NCBI GenBank assembly: GCA_004431415.1
Contig: QPMI01000626.1
Span: forward strand, 124,001-188,000
DNA: 64,000 nt
DNA from: Cyanophora paradoxa CCMP329
Taxonomy: Eukaryota > Plantae > Glaucophyta
Direction of reading: 5' to 3'
Part shown: positions 12,022 to 23,200 of the stretch, piece after piece
Layout of the letters: each line of letters starts with the position of its first letter
Position numbering within the stretch: the first letter of the stretch is position 1
The notes under the pieces: generated by a model
The model's input: only the letters and a program-made list of their open reading frames with translations
What the model was told of the DNA's origin: nothing
Databases searched by the model: none
Translations under genes and position numbers: made by a program

Positions 12022-13620
12022 CTAGTGCAAAATTGTCTCTGTAGGCTGCGGGGCCCAGCTGTAAATTGGGGTAGCAGTATGGCGGAAGGGGAAGCCCCAG
12101 TTGCTCCTGCGCTGCGAAAATGCGGTGCATGATATACGGGAGAAGCAGGGGGTGGTTCGTGCGGATGGTTTCATCGAGCACGTGAATGGCCAGCTGTTCG
12201 TCCTCCGTTCTCTTGAGGCCGTAGAAGCCTCGGCTCCACATGAGCGCGTTGGGCGTGGACCCCTAAGGCGGGCATGATGTTTAGTGAGCGTCATCCAGAG
12301 AGTGTCGAGCTGGGCACATTGTCTCTCGGTAAAGGAAACAATCTTGCAGGCGTAAGTGATGCGAGGGAGAAGGACGCTATTTACTATGTATATCGTCTCT
12401 TTGGCGGTGAGTTTCTTACGCCTTAGTATCGCGCAGGCTGCCCGAGCTGTTGAGTATACAGCCTCAAATTGCCGCCGCCAGTCCAGATTTGCTGTCATCC
12501 AGACCCCGAGCACCTTGAATGGTTTGTTCGGCGCAAGGACTTTGTCGGCCGGTTCTTTAGCATCGGGCGGGCCTAGTAGCGGGGCAGACGGGCGTGGGGA
12601 GACGTTGTTGTACGTAAATTCGGTTTTCTTCGCGTTGAGGGCAATATCATGTATCCAGAAGAATTCAGAGGCCAGGTCTGCGTGCAGCTGGATGCCCCGG
12701 GCTGTACCGCTAATAAGTACGGTGTCGTCTGCGTATGCTTGCCCCGGCGAGGTCACCCGAGGCAGGCGCGCTCGCAGGCGTCGGGTGGGCGCGGGCAGGT
12801 TAGCGTCAGACGCAGAGGGCGGCGGGCCCATGGAGTATTGGGTGCTCTCCGCAGCGCTGACTTCGCGTAAAGCCGATAGAAATACGTCATAGAAGATGAG
12901 CCAGTGAATTGGGGACTCGGTTCCTCCTTGCGGGAGCCCGCACTCCACATCGAAGGGGTCAGTTGGGCCGTACCCTGTCGCGACGGACGCTGTACGTGAT
13001 GTTGATATTTGTCCGTAGAGGCTTATGTACCGTTCGGGAATTTTTAGGCGGCGGAGTGCCATTTCCATGCTAGACCAGCTGACGCTGTCGTAGGCTCTGC
13101 GAATATCTAGCAGTAGCAGATAGATCGGTTTCGAGAATTGTTTTGCGTCCTCCAGTAGCGCGCGCAGCATGTACAGAGGCTCGTCGGTGGACTTGCCTCG
13201 AGTAAAGGCGAAGTTCGCGCCCTGTAATATGTCGTGTTTGCGGAGAACGCGCGAGAGGCGGTCAGTGAGGACTGCCGTCACGAGTTTCAGCGTGCATTCT
13301 TGGAGTGTAATGGGGCGGACATTGTCAGGGTGCCCATCCCATTCCCCGCCCTTGGGATAAGACATATATTTCCGTGAAGAAGGGGCGCAGGGACAGACGA
13401 GAGTTTTAGGATCAGATTTACCGTAGTGAGGATTACCTGGCGGCACGTCGGGAACAGGTTATCGGGTTCTTGGAGCGGCTCCGGGTCCAGGCCCGCCTTG
13501 CGTAGTTCTTCGCAAGTTTTCTTTGAAAGGACCGGTGCCGTCCACAGCATTTTATCATTTCGTGGGAAAATCCCGAGGGCCCCGCCGCACCGTTTCGGAG
13601 AGAGCCGATGATTCGGTCCA
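12022..13620 (-). CDS. LINE ORF2 reverse transcriptase domain
   Basis: GPSGFSHEMIK, ICLIP, RPITLQEC, LLDIRRAYDSVSW, GLPQGGTESPIHWLIFYD, AYADD, LNAKKTE, KVLGVW. Confidence 0.97.
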
Positions 13621-14626
13621 GTTCGGCCTCGCTGGTGGGTTCCATTAGGTACACATAAATTGCATCATCAATATCCTGGCGCGGGGAGTGAAGTCGGCGC
13701 CATATTGAGGCCTCCTGTGCACATGTACTAAGTGGCAGCGCGCCCGGGTCCCTGTTCGCTGTGAGTGGGCTACGCTGCCGTGTCCAGGCATGCATGTGAT
13801 GGCGTGCGAACTGTTTCACTGCATCTTCATTGCCGTATACCTGATATTCTCCAGCGTGGCAGAGGGAGAAGGAGGTAATCGGCCTGCGTTCTGGGGCTTC
13901 AAGTGTTTGGCGGAGGTATTGGGCGAGGTCTGTCTTGAACATGCGCTGCGAGCGCTCTCGGTTTGCTCTGATTGTCGTGGCTTCGAAACGTTTAATGTGG
14001 GCCTGGACTTTGGTGTCCAAGGCCGAGGCCCAAGTGGTGAAGCTTGGAAAATAGTCGAGCCAGCTTGGTTGTCGGGCAGAGAATGGCGGCGGCACAGGGG
14101 TAGTGGGAGTTTAAGATAGCCTGACCGCTTGTCTATTGGGAGTTTGTCAAGCCGGCGGTTGTGATTTGAGATTGCCCTGCGCAGGTCAGAGAGGGAGTGC
14201 CGTACGCGGCGCGGCGTGGAGTCGATCCCGTGGCGCGCCGCTTCCCATGCCTTGCGCAGTTCCTGGGCCCTCGTGAGCAGGTTGGATTCGGGGCGGCCGC
14301 GGCGGGAGAATTTTTGAGGGATTTTTGGGGGCGTAAAGATGCCAAATACTGGCGATTGGCCGAGGTCACAGATGTGGGCGAGAGTGGATTTGAGGGCTTC
14401 GTGCAGGCGGGCTAGGCGGTCCTCTGGCGGGGTGCCGTCGTCGTCCTCCAGCGTTGCGAGTAGCTCTCGTACGCTAGCTGAGGACCCCGGCACCGGCTGC
14501 TGTAGCTTTTCTTCCAGTAGTTCTTTGAAGCGAATTTTTGTGAGCGATGCCTGTGTCGCGTACTTGAAACGCGGGGGCGGGCGAAGACGCTGGGGCCCCA
14601 GTTTATATTTGATGGCCAGGGCCCGT

Positions 14627-15801
14627 TTACTGTACTCTGCAAGGAGTGGGAAATGGTCCGAGGGAAAGGGGCGTTTCTAGGCGACGCTTGGGCCGCTCGA
14701 AGGCGTTAGTCGCGACTTGGGATTGTAAGATGTAGTCGAGCCTGGTAGCATGGCGGAGCGTGCCATCTGGGGCGATGCCTCGAGGGTTGGGGTTGTCAGG
14801 AGCGTCAGGAAATATGAAGGTGATTTGGTCGTCGGTGCCCATGGCTGTGGCAGCGTCGGAGAGGGTCCAGTCGTGAAGCAGTTCATGCCACCAGCGGTGA
14901 TCAGGTTCTCGTGTGGTCGCATATTGCCCTGTCTGATTTTGCCCGTCTCGGGACAGAGGCAGCTGTTAAGATCGCCAAGGAGGAAAAGTGCGCGCGGGGC
15001 GGAGCGCCCAGTCAGCGTACATGGTCGCGCGGAGATAGTCGAAGATTTTCGCACTTTCAGTAGACCGCGCCGTCCGACTTTCGCCGGGGGGAGGTACACG
15101 CTGGCGATAAAGATCTGAACATTATTTGCAAATCGAAGCTCACAGCCGGCCACGCGGCCTGGCATTGTGTAGGTCTTAAAACAGTGCTTGGCCATATTTT
15201 CTGAGAGAAAAAGGGCTACGCCGGAGCCGCGGGGGAGGCTCGATTTTGGCGGAGTTTCTTCTGCGAGAGGGGCGGGTGGGCGGGGCTCGAGCTGGGAGCT
15301 CCTGAGCACTAGTTGTGCGCGTGGCCGAGTCGGCGTGCACGGACGTGAGCATGAGCCCCGATGTCACTGACCTGCGCATCGCTCTGACCGTAGCCTGGGT
15401 GCAGTTAAGTGATTGGACCCCTAATACGCTCAGCCCCAGTCAAGCATATATTTCTGGATCTGGCCGACATGGTTGACGCTAGAGCAGGTGCGGGCGTTCC
15501 AGGTCGCGAGTCTCCAGTACTGGTCAGAGTCAAAGCGGCGGCGTATGATACCCGATTTTCGGTGAGTGCCCGCAGGTTTGGCTCCGAGGCGCTCGTGTGT
15601 AAACAGCTCGAGGGGAAATAGCGTGCGGAGCAGCGGCGCGGGACGGCCGGCACCAGCGGGGCCAGGCGTGTTATATGCGGTCATGGGACTCTGGGCGGGT
15701 GGAACATTTTCTTGTGCCCCTGGTGCAGGCCAGACTCCAGGCCTGGGTTCTTCGCGGCGGTGCGCGGGGGCGGGCCGGATAGCGCTGTCGTTGGATGCCA
15801 T
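14627..15801 (-). CDS. LINE ORF2 N-terminus with APE-type endonuclease (probable start MASND at 15801; frameshifted)
   Basis: LATWNARTC, GSGVALFL, IASVYLPP, LLGDLNS, TRLDYIL and SDHFP occur in canonical order. Confidence 0.92.
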
Positions 15802-16962
15802 GATGCCGGGCTCGCGCGTGATGCATGGGCCAGCATGGCCGGGTCAGCTTGGCCCGCCGCGGCGAGGGCCGAGCCCGCTGCCGCTGCCTGGCGGCGCCAC
15901 CCCGCATTCGCATGTGAGCCTCTAGCGCTGTGGTCATGGCAGCTATCGGGCCCGATTGACTGGTTGCTCCCGATTGGCGGGTGCACAATGAATGGCGACG
16001 ACGACGTAGTGCCGGCGCTAGCGGCCGGTCCGGGAGGGCAGAAAAAATTCTTTTTCTGTTCATGCATATGTCTTGGGGCCGGGGACTCGGACGGTTCGCC
16101 GGAGCCAGTGATCGAGCTCGCGGTAGGCGTCGCGGAGATTCGAATTCGGGTCGGGATCCAGCTGCAGCGCCGGCCGCGGCGTGCACCGCCGTGCAGTCTA
16201 CAGTGCAGACCGTACACGTGCGGGCCACTGACAGTGAGGCTACGTATGCTATGCTGGCGGTAGCGCCGGCGGCGCACATACACAGTGTCATACTGGTACT
16301 AGTAATTGTAGTGGCGGTGGCGCTAGCTGTTGTGATTGCCTTGGCGTACCCATCTTTGGCAGCCCTAGCTCTAGATCGGGATCTGGGGCCTGCTAGGTCG
16401 TGATCGGGGGGGCTGTTACTACTCAAGTTAAAGGTGGCGCCGGCGCCGGTGCGCGTGCCGGCGCCAGCTGTTTCGGTATCATATGCATTAGTGCTAGTGC
16501 AAGGCATTATAACTACTCGGAGCCGCGTATACGTATACGTACGTGCCGACGGCGCCGTCAGGTCGAGGCCGGCATCGGCACCGGTACCGGCGTCGGCGTC
16601 GGTCCTCTGGCATCTTTGATCATGACAGGCTAGCCGGCGCCGGCGCCGTAGTACTAGTAGCTTCTGAGGTACAGGTCTGTAGCGGGGGCCGGCTTCGGCA
16701 CCGGCCTCGGGCTCCTGGCTTCGCTTAGGGACTAGCTGTCGTGTTACGTATACAGCAGGATCCGCGGCCTGCTGGGGCCGAGTCCGGGAGGCAGCGGTCG
16801 GTGTCGTAAGAACAGGCTGGCGCTTCAGGCCGGTGGTGCAGTCATGATTAGACTGTTCTCCTAGCGTGGCTGTCGAGCGTGCGCGAGCCCGGGCTAGCCG
16901 GATCCGCACAGTTGATGGGTACGTTTTCCACCCACGTACCCCTCTGGGCCTCGCGTGCAAGT
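15671..16962 (-). CDS. 3' part of the hypothetical ORF interrupted by the LTR element
   Basis: Removing the LTR element and one CAAGT copy joins ...RSRPDHDL (29520) in frame to HARPRG... (16957), which stays open to 15671. Sequence is low-complexity Ala/Thr/Arg. Confidence 0.45.
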
Positions 16963-17244
16963 TGTCGGATGAGAGGATTCCCACCCGATTAGGCACCCGC
17001 GCAGTACTGCGCGGGGCCGGCTCCCTGTGCTGGAGCAGCTGTAGATGCAGGCTGGTGTATTCACTGTGTACCCGGAAGACTACTGACTCTGTACCCCTAA
17101 GACAGGTAGAGGCAGGCCAGCGTAGGCTACCGAGAGGTAAGCCTACAGGAAGAGAGACTATGCCAGGGCTCTCAGACTATGTCAGGCACCAACTAGCTCT
17201 AGTCACTAAGTCACCGCAAGGCCTGGGAATCGAGCCAGGCGACA
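16963..17244 (-). repeat. 3' LTR (282 bp)
   Basis: Identical by eye to 29238-29519. Contains the 20-bp perfect palindrome CCCGCGCAGTACTGCGCGGG (16996-17015). Confidence 0.95.
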
Positions 17245-17260
17245 ACTCCTCTTCCGCTGA
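17245..17260 (-). promoter_or_regulatory. Polypurine tract of the LTR element
   Basis: Minus strand TCAGCGGAAGAGGAGT lies immediately before the 3' LTR. Confidence 0.7.
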
Positions 17261-20200
17261 CGTCGCGTCCGCGCGACGTAGCCAGTCAAACCGTGACTCC
17301 AGTCGGCATAACCGCACGAGGGCGTCCCCAACACCGCCGATGGGTGCACCGCTCGAGGGCTCCGACAGGCCCCAAGACGAGGAACCTGAGCCACGGCCCG
17401 GGGACAGGAATGCATACAGCTGCAGGCCAGGTAGAAGGCCAGGTAGCTGTAGATCGATCCCGTCCAGGTCGTATGCAAGGCATGGCAGGTGAGGCAAATG
17501 CGTGCATGCGGGAAAGCTCGAAAGGGAAAAGCATAAAAACTCGAAAGGTGTAAACGCTGGCCCAAACTCACTCCAAACGGCGAGGGCCGCTGGAGAGTGG
17601 CACGGATGGGAAGTTTCACCGCCTCGGGAAGAAACCAACGAGGAGGTATTCGGGCCGCCCATCAGGCCCAACGAAAGGATAGGGCACGACTGAGTGCACC
17701 CCCAGCCAGCAACCTCGAGCCCCTCACGGACCCGCAGGCACCCGGGAGGCCTACACCCAGCCACTCTCCACGAGCGACGGGCCCAGATCCCAGAAAATGG
17801 AACGAAAGGCCCAGATGACGCCCCGTGATCGGCCACCAGCCAACCCACGTCCCATCTCGAAAGCCAAGGTTGAGGCAAAGCTGGCAAAGAAATCTGCCGT
17901 CGACTCTCATCTCATCTCTAGCGTCGCCCTCGGCGTCCCACACAGGAATCCTCGGCGCCGACGTATGGGGCAAGGTATAGATTTGGTTCGGGACGTTTGG
18001 TTGGGAGTAGGGTCTGCTGAGGCTCGTAGGAGGTCCGTTTCGCACGTCATGAAGACGGGATTTGCGACTGCACATGCAGGCTTCCGATCCACAGCCAGCT
18101 GCAGCGTGCAGCAGCGTCGAGCGGAATATTTGAATCCGAGCTCAGACGGCGTTGGCGCAGCTGATGTGGATTTATGAAGCGTGCAGTCGACGTTGATGTG
18201 AGCGGCGACCTTGTATGCACTTGCACGTGCGTCTCGAGCTCGAGCTCGCGACCAGGTGCACGCGATAAAGGTACGAGCCCTTGAGCCGCACATCATCGAA
18301 GAGTAGAAATGCTTCGACGATCCCGTGACTGCTTTGGCGCTCCTGTCGAGGTCGCGCAGCTTGCAGTGCAGGGTCCAATCCGCGCGGCTCCCGGTTCTGA
18401 TCGCTGGGACCACAGGGTGCACAGCTCAGCAGCTGCACCCTTGCGGTTGGATCACGAGGCCGACGTGCGAGTTGCCGAGCTCAACGCCTCAGCTGATCGC
18501 GGGCGAGCGGCCCTTCGCGACTGTCGGTGGGAGCGTGCAAGGTTGGAGCTCGTGAAGCATACGCCAGGCCGTCAAGCACGCGCTAGGCCGGGCGAGAGAT
18601 GGGGCGAGGACCCGAGACCGAGCCCTCGCGTTCGCGACGTGCGTGACATCGCAGCGCTCAGCTGCTGGCGATGAAGCCAGGTGTCGACGCTCCAGCTAGA
18701 CGCGGCCGTCAATCGAAGGCGCGCGTGCTGGCCGCGAATCCCATCAGTCGTTCCCTCGGCCTGGTCTTCCGGGGATCCGGCCGCGGCCAGGCTCGTTGGC
18801 GAGCTTGGCGGGTCATGATCACAGGAAGGGGTTCTGCAGCGATCCGCGAGACTGCATATTCGCGGTGCCGAGACCCTCGGATTTGCGACCGATTCGCCAG
18901 CCTTCGCCGTGGGCTCGTTTTGATCGCATCCCAATACCAGGCGATCAGGCGAAGCTGACGAACGGCGAATCCTTCAGAGACTCAGATCTCTTGATCGGGG
19001 ATCCGAATTCGTGTTCTGTGCGTAGCCAGACCGCGACACGGCGTGCAGTCGGCTGCTGAGATCCGATTCCGATCCTTAGGAGGCCGCATCGGTGAGTAGT
19101 GCGAGCGAGTGCACTGGCCGTAGCTGGGCTCTCAAGCTCTGTCGAAACAGCACTTGCCAGTCCGTTCCGGACACGGTCACTGGCTGTGCACGTAACAACA
19201 GGGCCTGATGGCCATCAGCCCCAGTAGCATCGCCACCGATGGGTTTCCGAGGCGGAATGTGGTTCGCCAACGGCGAGACCTGGATCCCGGCGAGCCGCCG
19301 TGTGAGGAGACCTCAAGGCGGTTGGCTAGGTTCGATTGCTTGTGCTCGGTCAGCCTGCAGACGGCAGCGCGCGCTGGGGCGAACTGCTCCGCAGCAGGTC
19401 TAGGCGCGACGTCAACTGCATGCTCGAGTCTGATCCCGACTCCTCTTCCGCTGAAGAGGGGAAGTCGGGACGTGGCAGGCATACGCCGATCGAGGAGGGG
19501 CTCAGGCATCTGGCCAGGAGGCAGCCTTCGGCTCGAGCGCTTGTGCACGTACTCCTCTTCCGCTGAAGAGCGGAAGCCGTAGCACGGCAAACTGCCTCCG
19601 ATGCCACTCCCTCTTCGGTTAAGCACCGTCCCCGGTGCTCCACCGTCTTCCGCGAAAATTTGGGCACGCTGAGGCCGCTGGGATCCGTGATTGGATCGGG
19701 ACAGCGTGGCCGAGGTGTAGGAATTCGCGAGTGTGGGTAGACTCTGAGAAGGAACGGCGCGGCGTGAACGTGCACAACCGCAACCGTCTCTCTTTCGTTG
19801 TATTCCATTGCGTTCCGGGCCATGCCACTCTCGGGCTCAATCGAGGGGCAAGCGTGAGCCGCGGGCCAGAGCGAGGTTGAATTGATGTTGGCCTCGATTT
19901 GAATCGAGCTGTGGGCAACTGAGCAATTGCGACGGCCGGCCACGGTTGTGCCAAGCTAAGCGCATTGCAGTGCCCGGCGTTTGAATTTCGCGATTCGATC
20001 GCCGAGTCGGGCGCCGGGCGCCGGTCTTGTCGAGCTCGAGGGCATCAAGCTTCGAGGCTCGGACGCGCGTCGATCAAGCTCAAGGCCTAGGCCTGGGCCG
20101 AGCTTCCGAAACGCGATTTTGCATATATAGCGCTCGGCTGCGTATTTATGCTCGTGTCTGTTGGCCCGTGTTGCCGCTTTTCGCGGTTTTAAGGCCAGGC

Positions 20201-23200
20201 GCCGGGGCGCCAGCACCCAGATTTATGGGAGCGGCCTCAGTGAATGAAGCTGGTGACGGTGGGTGCGCCACTGCCGGGAATAAGATCCCGGGTCGCCGCC
20301 GCCCAGCGCGAAACGGATTTGGCAGCTATGTCGAACTCGTTCGCTCGCAGGAGCGCCAGCTGCATATGCATGCAGCCGGGCCCGCGCGACTTGGTATGCG
20401 CGAACGTCCGGTGGTCCGGGTTGCGGGGCAGAATTTGAGAAAATCCGTGCCGCTGCTCGGGACGAGAGCCCGGCCGGCGGGTCGCCAGCGAAAATCGACG
20501 ACTTTCGCCGTGCTGGGCCCTCGCGAAATTTCGCGAGCCGAGAGGTACGAAATCGGCCGTGCGTGCGCGGTCCGACGGTCTGGCCTTCTCGAGCGGGCCG
20601 CGTACGCGTAGCCTACATCTCGGTTCCGAGCCGCGCGCGGCGTCGGGGCGGAATCGCGAGATCGAGGTCAACCGTCGGACTCGGTGAGTCGCAAGAGCCG
20701 TGACCGCTTTAGTAAGCGTCAGAACCAGGCTCAGCGGCTGGTCTGAGGCTGAGGATGATGCATATGCTTAGCCGAAGGGCCGTGCAATGGCCGGGCCACT
20801 TGGCATGGCCACGCACACGTGGGCGCGAAATTAAATTGCCGCACTCTGGTGCTGCAAAATTTTCGTGGCGTCGCGAAGTGATTCGCATGCACAGATCTAG
20901 AGGGCCCGGGAAACGTCCGGCGCGAAGATTGTGCACGCGGGCGCCCTCACGTCCGCTGGCATGCGCCGTGACTCAGTGACGGCCTCGCCACTGCGGCAGC
21001 CGGCCACGGGCGTGCACTGCGGCCGTCGGGCACAAGTGCGTGTGCAGGGCGCGGCTGCGCATGCCGTGGTATTGATGGCTGGGCGCCAGCCGCCGTACGT
21101 AGTGTAGCAGCACCACAGGGATCGGCAGGTGGGCGCCGCGGCGTGCAGCCGACGCGATTGGTTCCCAGCTGCAGGAGCGGGACCGGTAGCGGCCGGTTGC
21201 AGGAGCCGTGCTCGTGCATACGAGCGTCAATATCGTGCCGACGATATCATGCACGATCGCAAGCGTTCCCTTAGCGGACCGGGGGCCGGGCCCCGGTGCT
21301 CTCGAGAGAACTGACGATAGAGCGCTCGCTCGCTGTCTCGCAGTGGGCCGTGGCGGCTTTTGAGAGAGCGGACGATGAAGCTCAGCGGCTTTTGCTCGCT
21401 GTCTCTCGTTGGCCGTGGCGGGTGTTCCGGAGTGTGAAGCCGGCAGATTCCACCAGCTAGGCTGGAACGGCTTTCCGAAAATTGGATACCGTACGCGTGG
21501 CTTGCGCACTGGCCAGCCACTAGGGCTCGCTGCCGCGCAGATCGAGAACCGTTGAACGGGCTGGGGATCATCGGATCCGGCGCCGCGCCCACGGTCCCGA
21601 ATCATTGAATTCCGAATTCGAATTGCGATGCTTTCGAATTTGGGTGCCGCAGTGCGGTACCGGTCGACAGGTTCGCTTCGCTCGGTAGCGAATTACGATT
21701 TCTGCAGCTCATGCAGTCTTCCCTGCCTCATCCTCTCTCCCACCGCGTTTTAGCGGGAGGTCGAGGCATGAACGTGCCGCAAGGCGGGTTGGGCTGAAGG
21801 CCGCGTGCGCAGGCTTGGCGGCGAGCGGCCGTGCCGAGGCCTGGGCCTGCCGCCGTGCGTTCGCGTGTAAATTTCGCGGGCCGGGCTGCGAGCCCTGAAG
21901 GCTGCGCCACGGTGCGAAAAATGCCTGCAGCCAGCACCAGCTGCAGCATCGCCGGGTTTGGTGCACAGGTTCCGGCTCAGGGCGGCGGCAATGCTCTTTT
22001 CGAGCTAGCGCTGCCCTTGGCGGGCTGGCATCGCCAGCGGCGTTCCCGGAGTGCTCGCGCGAATGTATGCCGCTGCAAATCGCGACCGTACATTCGATAG
22101 CTGGATCGGCGCTCTGTAGCACGGCGCTCCATTACAGCGCCTCATCAGCGCTCGCCGAGCGGCGTGCCGGCGTTGGCAGAGAGAGCCGGGCGCTGTTCAG
22201 CGCAGCCGATCGTCCGTTCGCGATCGCGAGTCGATGTCGTTTCGCGAGTCGGTCCGGGGCCACGGGGCCGTGTGCGCAGCCTCTTTGAGAAAGCTACCGC
22301 ATAGGTGCTCAGGCTTCGAATTTTTCGCGGCGCTCAGCGCGGCTGCTCAGCGGCTGCATCCGATATCCGGTCGCGATATCGATGCATATGCTGTGGGCCT
22401 GGCCGGGGCTGAGACCCGCGCCTGCAACACACACGTGCACGTGCACGCGGTTTATGCAAGGTAGGGCTAGCCGTTTAGTTTTCTTTAACGGTTGCAGCCT
22501 TTATTCCCGCTGGCCATGGTGGCTGCGGCTTGAATAATTGCGGTGCTCGCGATCGGTGTCCGCGTCCGCGGCCACGCGATAGCACGTGGAAAGACTTCAC
22601 GGGGCATACTGCCGTGAGACGCCATGCGCTCGAACTTTCCGGCTAGTAGGACCACGTCGTGCGCGGCTCGACAAGCGGCTCTGGGGCCCGCTGTACGTGG
22701 TAGCGCTGGCCCACGCGTAGCCTAGTAGGAGCCCGACGTCCGATCCCAGTCACGAGCTCGGTCTCGGTCGGTCTCGGTCTCGCTGGGACTCGGGGGGGGG
22801 ACGAGTCGAGCCAGTTGAGAGCTTCGATTCGCGTTGGGGCCGGGGGCCACAATTCGCGTTCTCGTAGGGGCGAGGCCCTAATTCACAGCTTTGCGACGTC
22901 CCGCGATCGAGCGTGATCGTGGATTCGCGACGCGGATATTCGCGGGGCCTAGGCTCGCCGCGAATCTCGCTGGGCTCGTGGCCGTGCCGGTTTTCGCGGG
23001 GCAGGCCGGTGCGGCCCGGTGGGCCGGGGCTGGAATCCCGATGCGGGTCGCCGCAGGCGCCGACGAGGAGGCCCTTGGGCGAGGGGCTCGCGAGGGGACG
23101 AGCCAGGCAAGGCCCTAGGGCCGAGGGTCGCCTGAAGGTGCGACTGCTCCGAGCTCGGGGCTCGCAATTGCGCGGGTTCGAATGTGACGGGTCGTCCGTC

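Larger units (their letters stand above)
6124..16070 (-). mobile_element. Non-LTR retrotransposon (LINE): APE-RT-RNaseH-CCHC-Ulp1; 5' boundary uncertain (~15.9-16.2 kb)
   Basis: T12 at 6124-6135 is the minus-strand poly(A), and AATAAA lies at 6149-6154 on the minus strand. The region is intronless, has lower GC, and carries ordered domain motifs broken by several frameshifts. Confidence 0.95.

Noticed and set aside
16159-16166. CAGCTGCA as the LINE target-site duplication
   Set aside because: This 8-mer is very common in the window, and the sequence after it does not match the continuation seen at 31302.
17662-19943. Possible integrase/chromodomain remnants inside the LTR element (e.g. EYN...APFLL...HSRIP; AYKV; NPVF)
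   Set aside because: Only 3-4 residue resemblances, with no DDE, HHCC or GPF/Y motif in order; insufficient without a profile search.
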